DNA of 64,000 bases from Candidatus Poribacteria bacterium (lineage in GTDB: Bacteria > Poribacteria > WGA-4E > WGA-3G): NCBI GenBank assembly GCA_963665235.2, contig CAXXLX010000001.1:3392001-3456000 (forward strand). Direction: 5' to 3'. Positions 50,008-58,993 of the stretch are shown here, piece after piece. The first letter of the stretch is position 1; every line of letters starts with the position of its first letter. Below the pieces are notes generated by a model. That model saw nothing but the letters and a program-made list of their open reading frames with translations. It was not told the origin of the DNA and searched no databases. The translations under genes were made by a program, and so were the position numbers.

Positions 50008-50859
50008 ATGGCACAAGAATATAATAATACAGCAAGAATTTTACTAACAGAGCATGCTACCGACATCTCACAATTTGTGCTCGACACAGAGGACGTTGAA
50101 GTCCTTGAGAATATTGACACGGAACAGCAACACACCGTCGCACGCCGAACCGATAGCACAAAACGCATTCGTGTCGACGGGCACGAGGCGATATTGCACA
50201 TTGAGCTCCAACTTCGGGATAGTACGCATAGACCGATGTGGGCACGAAACGCTGAATATCAGGGTTATCTCATCGGTCAACATCAGGTGCCTGTCTATAC
50301 CAGCACTATCTATTTCCACCGAAACGCGGGCAAGAATGACCCTGGGAAATACGAATATAGCTGGAACGGATTTGTGTATACCCTACACTATAAGGTAATC
50401 CGTCTGAGTCAGATAGATGGCAAATCGGTTTTGGAGCGGCAAGCCCCGGGTTTGCTGCCGTTTACACCGCTGATGCAGCGGCCGGCGGGTATGGATTTAG
50501 ACCGGTGGGTTCAAGAATGCGTTGATACGACATTATCTGCGCCTGTTGATGAGCAGATGCGGTCCGATTTACTGTTCGCTACCTATCTGTTTGGGAGCAT
50601 TGTGCATGACGCTACGGTGTATAGACACCGTATACGGGAGGAACTTATGATAGAGTCTAAAGGATACCAACTCCTTATCAGAGAAAATACCATTGAAAAC
50701 ACGTTGGCTTTGCTGGAATCCCGATTCCAACCTGAGGCAGTCAATACTGTCCGACCGGTACTTCTTCGCATAGACGACTTGGAAAAACTAAAGCAGTTGC
50801 TCGTTGCAGCAGCAAGAGTGCCAAACATAGAGGCCTTTGCACGAATGCTACACGAGTAG
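50008..50859 (+). CDS. Rpn-like (recombination-promoting nuclease/YhgA-like) PD-(D/E)XK protein
   Basis: RRTDS...ILHIELQ nuclease-like motif, YKVIRL, GLLPFTPLM, helical C-terminus LESRF...IDDLEKLKQL. Confidence 0.75.
   Translation: MAQEYNNTARILLTEHATDISQFVLDTEDVEVLENIDTEQQHTVARRTDSTKRIRVDGHEAILHIELQLRDSTHRPMWARNAEYQGYLIGQHQVPVYTSTIYFHRNAGKNDPGKYEYSWNGFVYTLHYKVIRLSQIDGKSVLERQAPGLLPFTPLMQRPAGMDLDRWVQECVDTTLSAPVDEQMRSDLLFATYLFGSIVHDATVYRHRIREELMIESKGYQLLIRENTIENTLALLESRFQPEAVNTVRPVLLRIDDLEKLKQLLVAAARVPNIEAFARMLHE
50647..50859 (+). CDS. putative intragenic small protein (RpnS-like antitoxin), 70 aa
   Basis: in-frame ATG at 50647 preceded by GGGAGGA. Confidence 0.55.
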   Translation: MIESKGYQLLIRENTIENTLALLESRFQPEAVNTVRPVLLRIDDLEKLKQLLVAAARVPNIEAFARMLHE

Positions 50860-50924
50860 CAGCCTTTGCGCTTGTTGATGAGCAGATGCGCCCCGTTGTA
50901 TAGACCCGTATACGGGAGGAACTT

Positions 50925-51137
50925 ATGATAGAGTCTAAAGGATACCAACTCCTTATTATAGAAAATACCATTGAAAACACGTTGGCTTTGCTGGAATCCC
51001 GATTCCAACCTGAGGCAGTCAATACTGTCCGACCGGCACTTCTTCGCATAGACGATTTGGAAAAACTAAAGCAGTTGCACATCGCAGCAGCAAGAGTGCC
51101 AAACATAGAGGCCTTTGCACGAATGCTACACGAATAA
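50925..51137 (+). CDS. stand-alone duplicated RpnS-like ORF, 70 aa
   Basis: near-identical copy of 50647-50859 with the same SD, 4 amino-acid changes and its own stop codon. Confidence 0.6.
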   Translation: MIESKGYQLLIIENTIENTLALLESRFQPEAVNTVRPALLRIDDLEKLKQLHIAAARVPNIEAFARMLHE

Positions 51138-51214
51138 CAGCCTTTGCGCTTGTTGCCGGGCAGACGCGCTACATTTAGACTTGCAACGTTTAAAAGGAAA
51201 AGGAATAATTATAT

Positions 51215-52168
51215 ATGGAAAACCGGATATTTGATAAACTTGCTGATACGGAGCGACTTGCACAAAGTCCTATTCTCGTTTTTGCTGCGGACCCGCTTGC
51301 CTCCGCTGGTATTCAAGGACTGGGACAAGTTCAGCATCCAAAACCGCATTATCGTACCCACGCGGAGTTTTTACAACTTCAACGCGACCTCGTTGCTGAT
51401 GGACAGCTAGATGGATTGCTGATGACACCCGCAGATGCGGAAACACTTGCCCTTGAAGAAAACCTGTTTGCGAATTCACACATCACGCCTATTGTCCGAA
51501 TGAATTCGGAGACAGCTATCTGGAACCCCCGTTTCGGAGTTTATACCTCTCGACCCTCCCTGCCTTTTCAAACGGTGTTCCCTGAGGACATGCAACGTTA
51601 TTGCGAAACACTTATCGGTCCTGCCCTTGAATGCCGTGTTAATCTCGGATTATATTCTATTACGCTCAACAATGACCCTGTCATTGACGAACGGATGTTG
51701 CAGGCGTATGTGCAATTTGCACATATCGTTGGCGAAATTGAGGGTTTTGACCATCTGTTAGAGGTTTTTCTGCCGAATGTTAAACTGCCGGGGATGGATG
51801 AGGAGAAGCGCGGTATGTACGTTGCAGACTCTATCGTTCGCACAATGAGCTATCTCCGAAAACATCAACGTCCCCGGTTTATCAAAACTGCCTACACGAC
51901 TGCTGAAGTCTGGCGTGAGTTGTGTGAATTCGATACAACCCTTGTTATCGGGGCTTTAGGGGGCCCGCGGCAAAATGCTCGGAGCACCTTTGCATTGGCA
52001 CATAATGTCGCTCAGAACGGCGGCCGCGCTATCCTATTCGGGCGGACTATTTTTGGTGAAGATTCCCCTGTCGGTTTTGTACGGTGTCTCCGCCGTGTGT
52101 TTGATGGCGAATTTGACCCGCAGACTGCACACGCGGAGTATCAGAAACATCTCCGAACACAAAATTAA
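51215..52168 (+). CDS. class I aldolase-like TIM barrel protein
   Basis: LLEVF, RFIKTAY, GALGG, GGRAILFGRTIF. Confidence 0.6.
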   Translation: MENRIFDKLADTERLAQSPILVFAADPLASAGIQGLGQVQHPKPHYRTHAEFLQLQRDLVADGQLDGLLMTPADAETLALEENLFANSHITPIVRMNSETAIWNPRFGVYTSRPSLPFQTVFPEDMQRYCETLIGPALECRVNLGLYSITLNNDPVIDERMLQAYVQFAHIVGEIEGFDHLLEVFLPNVKLPGMDEEKRGMYVADSIVRTMSYLRKHQRPRFIKTAYTTAEVWRELCEFDTTLVIGALGGPRQNARSTFALAHNVAQNGGRAILFGRTIFGEDSPVGFVRCLRRVFDGEFDPQTAHAEYQKHLRTQN

Positions 52169-52346
52169 AAAACTTTACACACCCTGTTGTGTTTTTTTTC
52201 AAAATGCTGTATAATTCTATCATTGGTTGTGGTGGTGCGTGGTAAAGAAGTTCATGCACGCCGCCGCAGGACGACTCGTTTGTCAAAAACTTTCAACTTT
52301 TAATAGTAAGGGGTGCCTTGTAAGCACACCTTGTAAGGAGGAATTT

Positions 52347-52640
52347 ATGTTCACAAAAATATCGGCAGTCTTTCTCATCGTAGGAATGCTGTTTGCTATC
52401 GGTTGCGCTACACACATTCACAAAATCGGTAACGGTGCGCAGGGGAATGACATTGATGAAGCACGCCAATGGTATGTCCTCTGGGGACTCGTGCCAATCA
52501 ATGAAGTGGATACGAACGCCATGGCTGGCGGCGCAACCGATTATGAAATTATTACCGAGGTCACCCCAATTGATTTCGTAATCAGTCTTTTCACAGGTAT
52601 TATCACGGTCGATTCTCGGACAGTGTCTGTCCGGAAATAA
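52347..52640 (+). CDS. Bor/Iss family lipoprotein
   Basis: AAGGAGG SD, lipobox AIGC, WYVLWGLVP...FTGI..RTV. Confidence 0.7.
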   Translation: MFTKISAVFLIVGMLFAIGCATHIHKIGNGAQGNDIDEARQWYVLWGLVPINEVDTNAMAGGATDYEIITEVTPIDFVISLFTGIITVDSRTVSVRK

Positions 52641-52679
52641 CGGCTGTCGGATTTATAGTAAAACCTATAATTAGTAGGA

Positions 52680-52725
52680 CATTGGGGTAGCTGTGGCACA
52701 TTTTGTAAGCACACCTACCCCAGTG
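52680..52725. terminator. hairpin between convergent genes (REP-like)
   Basis: CATTGGGGTAGCTGTG / CACACCTACCCCAGTG, 14/16 inverted match. Confidence 0.5.
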
Positions 52726-52788
52726 CCGTTTCTGAAACAGAAACCGTTGACCGTTATGAAGTTTAACCCCCACTTTTCATAAACCGTC

Positions 52789-53790
52789 CTACCGCGCCCC
52801 AGTTATTCCGACCGCCTTCCGAACCTTTGCCAAAATCGGTACTGCGATGTCGCGTGCTTTCTCAGCACCGCTTTTTAGCACCTTCTCCAATTCATCCCGA
52901 TTCTCCACTAGGACATCGTACTCCTCACGTTGTGCCGAAAAGGTTGACACTATCAATTCAAAGAGCTCCTTTTTTATTTCACCGTACGCGAGCCCCCCAT
53001 CAAGATAAAGTTGTCGCTTCGCTTCTACTGCATCCGTATCCGCGAAATGTTGGTATATAGCAAAGACATTACACTCATCCGGATTCTTCGGCTCTTCAGG
53101 ACGTTTAGAATCTGTTACGATACGCATGACCTGTTTACGGATTTGGTTTAATGGGGCAAAAATCGGGATTACGTTGTTATAACTTTTGCTCATCTTTCTC
53201 CCATCAAGTCCGTAGATAGTTCTTACCTCTTTCCGGATGACAGCTTCCGGCACGACTAAGACCTCCCGATAATTCTTATTAAAGGTGAGGGCGACATCAC
53301 GTGTAATTTCGAGATGCTGTTGTTGGTCAAGTCCTACGGGAACGACGTGTGTTCCGAATAGCAGGATATCTGCCGCCATCAGAACCGGATAGGTAAAGAG
53401 ACCCACATTGATACCCTTATCCTCTTCGCGCCCGGCAGCGAGGTTATCGTCGACTATGGCTTTATAGGCGTGAGCACGATTTAGCAATCCCTTCGACGTA
53501 AAACACGCCAACACCCATGCCAACTCAAATACCTCTGGGATATCGGATTGTCGGTAAAAAATGACCTCTTCAGGGTTCAACCCGAGTGCCATCCACGTTG
53601 CAGTCACCTGATAGGTCAAATCTTCTAGTTCTTTTCTGTCCTTGACCGTAGTGAGGGCGTGATAATCCGCGATAAAGTAGAGTGCCTGATACTCTTTCGC
53701 TAGTTCAAGTGCAGGTTTAATCATTCCGAGATAGTTGCCGATATGCGGCTGTCCCGTCGGTTTGATTCCTGTTAAAGCAATTTGTTTCAA
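52789..53790 (-). CDS. trpS: tryptophan--tRNA ligase
   Basis: TGIKPTG.PHIGN, YPVLMAADIL, VPVGLDQ, KMSKS. Confidence 0.96.
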   Translation of the reverse strand: MKQIALTGIKPTGQPHIGNYLGMIKPALELAKEYQALYFIADYHALTTVKDRKELEDLTYQVTATWMALGLNPEEVIFYRQSDIPEVFELAWVLACFTSKGLLNRAHAYKAIVDDNLAAGREEDKGINVGLFTYPVLMAADILLFGTHVVPVGLDQQQHLEITRDVALTFNKNYREVLVVPEAVIRKEVRTIYGLDGRKMSKSYNNVIPIFAPLNQIRKQVMRIVTDSKRPEEPKNPDECNVFAIYQHFADTDAVEAKRQLYLDGGLAYGEIKKELFELIVSTFSAQREEYDVLVENRDELEKVLKSGAEKARDIAVPILAKVRKAVGITGAR

Positions 53791-53843
53791 TTGTATCTAT
53801 TCCCCTTTGTTAGTTTAGTGTTTGTGGGTCGGGTTGAACGAAG

Positions 53844-54701
53844 TCAAACGACCCGCTGGATGACCACAGCATCCCCGCGTTTTAATCCCAGACCCGTTTC
53901 GGCACTGCCCAAATTGATAGCAATTTCTAACAATCCAAAACTACCGATAATTGCAAGTGGCACGCCGGCATCAGATTCAGCATAAGAGCTGTTCAGTTTT
54001 TTCAGACACGTATTGCCAACCCTAATCTCAAATTGGTTACCTTGTCCCGCCTGCTGAGCCAGCGCGTCCGGCAGAGACGGAAACAGAAATGCGGCGAGCA
54101 TCTCTTCAGAGATATTCGTAATCACATTCCCAAACTTGTCAATCTTGATAATTTGACCTATCAATCTGTTTTCTGAACGTTGCACCGTAGGAATTGGAAA
54201 CCGAACAATCTCCTGCGTTCGTGTGCCGAGCTCTTCCAGCATAACACCAAGCGATACATGCGCGGCGACAGGTGCGAAAATATCCCGCCCATGAAAGGTA
54301 TTGCTCACGTGCGGTAAATGATAGGCGGGGGTATCAAGAATTACGGCATCCATATCACCTTCGATTTCCTGCAACACATAACTTAGCACACCGTTGTTCG
54401 GACACACAAAAAACGCGTGAGCGGTTTGGCAAACTATCGCCTCGCGATTGCTGCCAACGCCAGGGTCCACTACGATGACATGAATTGTGCCTGCCGGGAA
54501 ATAGCGATAGGCGGAGCTAATTGCGAAGGCGGCTTCATGAATGTCCTGTGGCGGAATAACGTGCGTAATGTCAATAATCTTGGCATTCGGATTAATGCCG
54601 AGGATGACACCCTTCATAACTCCGACATACACATCATTGGTACCAAAATCGGTTGTTAAGGTGATGCACTGATGTGTGTTTACAGGTGTGCCTGCATCCA
54701 T
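53844..54701 (-). CDS. SAM hydroxide adenosyltransferase (DUF62, SAM hydrolase)
   Basis: LTTDFG, IDITH, VVDPGVGSNR, TFHGRDIF, DKFGNVITN, LEIAIN. Confidence 0.88.
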   Translation of the reverse strand: MDAGTPVNTHQCITLTTDFGTNDVYVGVMKGVILGINPNAKIIDITHVIPPQDIHEAAFAISSAYRYFPAGTIHVIVVDPGVGSNREAIVCQTAHAFFVCPNNGVLSYVLQEIEGDMDAVILDTPAYHLPHVSNTFHGRDIFAPVAAHVSLGVMLEELGTRTQEIVRFPIPTVQRSENRLIGQIIKIDKFGNVITNISEEMLAAFLFPSLPDALAQQAGQGNQFEIRVGNTCLKKLNSSYAESDAGVPLAIIGSFGLLEIAINLGSAETGLGLKRGDAVVIQRVV

Positions 54702-55480
54702 GCAAAACTTTTCCGTTGGCCGGTGCCGTCGTTTTCTCTACCTTCGTATTCGCAGCACCAGACCCCGTCGTATCCTGCTGCTTTTAAGCAGGAAATTGCT
54801 TTCGCCAGGTCTAGTTCTCCTTCACCGAGGGCTTCCCCGCGGTAATTCCCGCGTGAACCGGTGCCATCCTTTAGATGTGTATGTAAGGTATAGGGTGCGA
54901 TAATTTCGTAAAATCTCCCCACTGTTTCTAGGTCATGCCCTGCCCATCGGTAATTCATCGTATCCATATTGGCCCCGACGTGCTTGGAACCGACCCGTTC
55001 GAACAGTTCTACCTGTAAATCGCCATCGTTGGTAACAAGGCCGTGGTTATCTACAGCGAAGTAGATATCCTCCTTTTCGGCGAATTCTAGGCATCGGGTG
55101 AGGCATCCCGCCATAGCTTCGACCCATCGGCTCTGCGGCACGGAGTCCTTCATAGCACCGCCTTCCGTTCGGATAACGGAGGTGCCGAGACGTTTTGCCA
55201 GCCCGGCGATCCGTTCCATCCGTGAAACTTGTGCCTGAATTGCGTCTTCCGCTAACAGCACAAAGTCGTTCCCCGCTGCGAGTGCCGACACTTGCAGTCC
55301 GTAGGATTCAACTTGTGCCCTCACAGCTTCGGCACTCTTTTCAGGGTCGGTAGTTTCCGCTTTCCAAACATCGCCTATTGGAAGTTCAACATACTCGAAC
55401 CCGGTCTCACTCGTGAATTTAAGAAAGTCGTCAAGCGATTTGCCTGCGTAGTTGTAATGAATAAGTCCTAATTTTGACAT
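54680..55480 (-). CDS. sugar phosphate isomerase/epimerase
   Basis: GFEYVEL, DNHG, NMDTMN, HTHLKD, GYDGVWCCEYE; probable start 55480. Confidence 0.85.
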   Translation of the reverse strand: MSKLGLIHYNYAGKSLDDFLKFTSETGFEYVELPIGDVWKAETTDPEKSAEAVRAQVESYGLQVSALAAGNDFVLLAEDAIQAQVSRMERIAGLAKRLGTSVIRTEGGAMKDSVPQSRWVEAMAGCLTRCLEFAEKEDIYFAVDNHGLVTNDGDLQVELFERVGSKHVGANMDTMNYRWAGHDLETVGRFYEIIAPYTLHTHLKDGTGSRGNYRGEALGEGELDLAKAISCLKAAGYDGVWCCEYEGRENDGTGQRKSFAWMQAHL

Positions 55481-55613
55481 AATTTTTAATGTTTCCTTAT
55501 ACTGTTCCGCGATTGATTGTGATGGTGTCTGTCCTCTTGCGTCGATATTAATGATACCAGAGTTCGCGTCAAATATCAACTTTAATTTTCAGATTCGCCA
55601 CAAAAAAATTCTC

Positions 55614-55642
55614 TTGCATCTTTAAAATTGTTATGTTATAAT
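55614..55642 (+). promoter_or_regulatory. promoter of mqnE-mqnA
   Basis: TTGCAT-17bp-TATAAT with TG extension. Confidence 0.65.
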
Positions 55643-55709
55643 ATTTCCATTGAAGGAAAAATATTAAACAGTTTTTTAAATACGGACTATGCCAAAGGTA
55701 TAGGAGATA

Positions 55710-56846
55710 ATGGCGAACTATAATCACTTTACAGATTCTAAATTACCTGCCATCTACGAAAAAGTCAAGGCAGAAGAGCGGCTCACCTTTGCAGAGGGGG
55801 TCACGCTTTACGAAAGTCCCGATATTACAGGGGTGGGATTTATTGCTCACCACGTCCGGGAACGTTTAAACGGTAACGTCGCTTACTATAACATCAATCA
55901 ACATATAGATTATTCAAATGTGTGTATTCTTCATGCACGCTGTCATTTTTGTGCCTTTGCTCGAAAAAACATGCAGACTGAAGGTGCGTGGGAGATGAGC
56001 GTTGATGAATTTTTAGACAAAGCGATGTACTCTATACAACACGGCTGCACCGAGATTCATAGTGTCGGCGGATTACACCCGAAGCTGCCGTTTGACTACT
56101 ATCTCGATATTATCCGTGGGCTCAAAGAACGGATGCCACAGGTGCATCTCAAATTCTTCACGGCTATTGAAATTCATCATTTTTCCCGCATCTTTAAGAT
56201 GTCAGTAGAAGAGGTTTTAAAGCAGCTCTGGGATGCCGGTTTGGATTCGTTGCCCGGTGGGGGGGCAGAAATCTTTGCGGAAGAGACGCGCGAAAAAATC
56301 TGTCCCGGTAAACTCAGCGCGGAGGGATGGCTTGAAATTCATGAGATTGCACATCGTCTCGGCATCCCTACTAATGCAACAATGCTTTATGGGCATCTGG
56401 AAACGAACGAGGATAGGGTTGACCATCTCATCCGGTTACGCGAACAACAGGATAAATCTGGTGGGTTTGTGACGTTCATTCCGCTTGCGTTTCACCCTGC
56501 GAACACGCGCATGGCGTATCTTCCCTCAACCACAGGGTTAACCGATTTGCGGAATATTGCTGTTGCCCGTCTCCTGCTGGATAATTTTCCACATATTAAA
56601 GTGTATTGGATTATGACAGGGTTGAAAACTGCGCAAGTTGCACTCCGTTTCGGTGCGGATGATATTGATGGTACGGTCACGGAGGAGAAAATTACGCACA
56701 TGGCAGGGGCGGACACTCCGGAATCTGTTACCGTTGAAGCACTCACGCGCCTTATTGAAGAGGCAGGCTTTATCCCAGTTGAACGGGATACACTTTACAA
56801 TCAAATCATTCGAGAGGGAAATCGGTGGTACAGAAAAGCCGCTTAA
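55710..56846 (+). CDS. mqnE: aminofutalosine synthase (radical SAM, CofH/MqnE family)
   Basis: NVCILHARCHFCAF, VGGLHP, FTAIEI, PGGGAEIF, TMLYGH, FIPLAF, HIKVYW; adjacent to mqnA. Confidence 0.88.
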   Translation: MANYNHFTDSKLPAIYEKVKAEERLTFAEGVTLYESPDITGVGFIAHHVRERLNGNVAYYNINQHIDYSNVCILHARCHFCAFARKNMQTEGAWEMSVDEFLDKAMYSIQHGCTEIHSVGGLHPKLPFDYYLDIIRGLKERMPQVHLKFFTAIEIHHFSRIFKMSVEEVLKQLWDAGLDSLPGGGAEIFAEETREKICPGKLSAEGWLEIHEIAHRLGIPTNATMLYGHLETNEDRVDHLIRLREQQDKSGGFVTFIPLAFHPANTRMAYLPSTTGLTDLRNIAVARLLLDNFPHIKVYWIMTGLKTAQVALRFGADDIDGTVTEEKITHMAGADTPESVTVEALTRLIEEAGFIPVERDTLYNQIIREGNRWYRKAA

Positions 56847-57643
56847 GGGTTGGCGCAGTATCATTCTTGAACACGAAACCGCTCATTTATCCGTTATTGA
56901 ATGGTGAAATGCCGACAGAGGATATTTCCCTTAGCTGCTACGTCCCTAGCCGGCTGGCAACGTTTTTAAGCAAAGGCGAATTGGATGTCGGATTGATTCC
57001 TATCATTGAATACTTTCGCGGAAGCGTACAGGGAACCCGTTACCGAATTCTGCCCGGCATCTCTATTGCATCACACGGAAGTGTCCAAAGCATCCAATTG
57101 TTTAGCCGTGTCCCGATTCAGGACGTACAGCGGGTCGCTTTAGATACGAGTTCCCGTTCCTCTATCGTGCTTTTGAAAATTCTGCTTGCTGAAAAGTATC
57201 AGCTACAGTTGGAATTTGTACCCTGCTCCCCGTCTGTGGAACCCGCTACGGTGGACTCCGAGGCGGTCCTGCTCATTGGAGATGCGGCCCTTAAGAACCT
57301 CGGCACGACAGAATATAGCCTTGACCTCGGTGCGGAATGGCACGAATTAACAGGGTTACCGTTTGTCTATGCCTGCTGGGTTGCCAGGGCAGGAGTCTCT
57401 CTTGGCGATATACCGAATCTGCTTTTAGAAGCAAAAGCGCGTGGTATTGCCCAAATTTCTGAGATTGCGCGCATTGAATCCCAAAAATTAGGGTTATCTG
57501 AAAGTCTCTGCCGGAACTATTTGCAATATCATATCCACTATGACCTGGATGAACCGGCTATCGCTGGCATTGAACTTTTTTATGAGCTTGCGGTAAAAAA
57601 TGGGCTTGTTGCCCCAGGGGGTGCCCTCACTTTTACAGAATAG
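56825..57643 (+). CDS. mqnA: chorismate dehydratase (futalosine pathway)
   Basis: VSFLNTKPL, VQSI, SRSS, LLIGDAAL, DLGAEW, LPFVYACW. Confidence 0.88.
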   Translation: MVQKSRLRVGAVSFLNTKPLIYPLLNGEMPTEDISLSCYVPSRLATFLSKGELDVGLIPIIEYFRGSVQGTRYRILPGISIASHGSVQSIQLFSRVPIQDVQRVALDTSSRSSIVLLKILLAEKYQLQLEFVPCSPSVEPATVDSEAVLLIGDAALKNLGTTEYSLDLGAEWHELTGLPFVYACWVARAGVSLGDIPNLLLEAKARGIAQISEIARIESQKLGLSESLCRNYLQYHIHYDLDEPAIAGIELFYELAVKNGLVAPGGALTFTE

Positions 57644-57724
57644 TAGGCACGCTCCGCGTGTTGTCAAACGAACACCGAATGCCGTTACCAATTTGCGTAA
57701 GGTCTAACTAAAATAGAGTAAAAA

Positions 57725-58225
57725 ATGGAATCTTTTGAAGAATCTACATCCACTCCCGATTTTGAGCAGCAATTCGAGGAATATCTCAAGAGCTGCGGGC
57801 TCCGTTTGACCCCAAAACGTTTGGCCGTTTTAAATCAGGTGTTTGCCTACCCTGGGCATTTCCAAATTGAAGACCTCCTCGTTCAGATGCGTCGGAACGG
57901 TTGTCTCGTTTCGCGTCCCACTATCTACCGGACGCTCCCGCTGCTCATTAAAAGTGGGCTGTTGACAGAATTTATTGACGCACAGAAAAATACCCGCTAC
58001 GAAAGCATTCACTCGCTCAAAGAGCATGCACATCTTATATGTCTGCGGTGCAATCAGATTGTTGAATTTAAAGAACCGGAGATTGATGCTTTGCAGAAAG
58101 CGGTGTGTGAAGCGCACGAATTTAAACCGGTCCGCTTCAGAAATGAGATTATTGGCTACTGTGCCGAATGTCAGGCGGAGCTAGAGCCCACTCCTACAGA
58201 AGAAGAAGATCAAGAAATCATTTGA
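57725..58225 (+). CDS. Fur family transcriptional regulator
   Basis: GLRLTPKR, SRPTIYRTL, HAHLICLRC, GYCAEC. Confidence 0.9.
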   Translation: MESFEESTSTPDFEQQFEEYLKSCGLRLTPKRLAVLNQVFAYPGHFQIEDLLVQMRRNGCLVSRPTIYRTLPLLIKSGLLTEFIDAQKNTRYESIHSLKEHAHLICLRCNQIVEFKEPEIDALQKAVCEAHEFKPVRFRNEIIGYCAECQAELEPTPTEEEDQEII

Positions 58226-58250
58226 CATTGGGCTAAAAATATTGTATAAT
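58222..58250 (+). promoter_or_regulatory. consensus sigma70 promoter of the iscU/iscA-like genes
   Basis: TTGACA-17bp-TATAAT, overlapping the fur stop codon. Confidence 0.7.
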
Positions 58251-58288
58251 ACTTGTAAAAAATAGCAGCACAATGTGAGAAATGCCTC

Positions 58289-58654
58289 ATGTATTATACA
58301 CAGCAGGTAGTCGAACATTACGAAAACCCACGCAATACCGGCACAATTGCCGATGCAGATGGCACGGCCACTATCGGGTCCGCTGCCAGTGGGGAGATGC
58401 TAAAGCTGACGCTCAAGGTTGAAAACGACACAATCGTCGCCGCAAAGTTCCGAGCGTTCGGATGTCCGACCGCAATCGCGAGCGGCTCTGTCCTAACCGA
58501 ATTGATTACCGGTAGCCAGATTTCGGACGCGCAGAAGATTACAGCGGCGCATATATCCGAAGCGTTAGGCGGATTGCCAGCAGATAAGCTACGTTATGCT
58601 ACCTACGCTGAAGAGGCACTCAAAACAGCGATTACAAATTCGCTTGCAAAATAG
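58289..58654 (+). CDS. IscU/NifU-N-like protein (atypical)
   Basis: YTQQVVEHYENPRNTG, FRAFGCPTAIAS, LGGLP..K. Confidence 0.85.
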   Translation: MYYTQQVVEHYENPRNTGTIADADGTATIGSAASGEMLKLTLKVENDTIVAAKFRAFGCPTAIASGSVLTELITGSQISDAQKITAAHISEALGGLPADKLRYATYAEEALKTAITNSLAK

Positions 58655-58663
58655 GAGAAATTT

Positions 58664-58993
58664 ATGATTACTGTCACGGAATCAGCAGCACAAAAGGCGA
58701 TTACACTCATAAACGGTAGTGAAAATGATGCCGAAGAAAAACTCGGTTTGCGAATGCAGGTCATCGGCGGGGGCTGCTCAGGTTTTCAATATAACCTTGA
58801 GTTTGGCGAGCCCAAGGACACGGATAAAGTGTTTGAATTTCACGGATTGAGGGTTTTCATTGACCCGCGCAGCACGCTCTATCTCGCTGGGTCCGTGCTG
58901 GACTACAACGACGGTCTTATGGATTCAGGCTTTAAAATTACCAACCCGAACGCTAAAAACACCTGCGGATGCGGCGAATCTTTTAACGTCTAA
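58664..58993 (+). CDS. iscA: A-type Fe-S carrier (IscA/HesB)
   Basis: GGGCSGFQY, NPNAKNTCGCGESF. Confidence 0.9.
   Translation: MITVTESAAQKAITLINGSENDAEEKLGLRMQVIGGGCSGFQYNLEFGEPKDTDKVFEFHGLRVFIDPRSTLYLAGSVLDYNDGLMDSGFKITNPNAKNTCGCGESFNV

Noticed and set aside
50620-51156. Diversity-generating retroelement template/variable repeat pair
   Set aside because: Differences are not adenine-specific (C/T, G/T, T/C, T/A, G/A) and no reverse transcriptase is in the window
53844-54701. SAM-dependent fluorinase or chlorinase
   Set aside because: It has the Asp/Arg/His pattern (DPGVGSNR, TFHGRD) of DUF62 SAM hydrolases rather than the halogenase motifs
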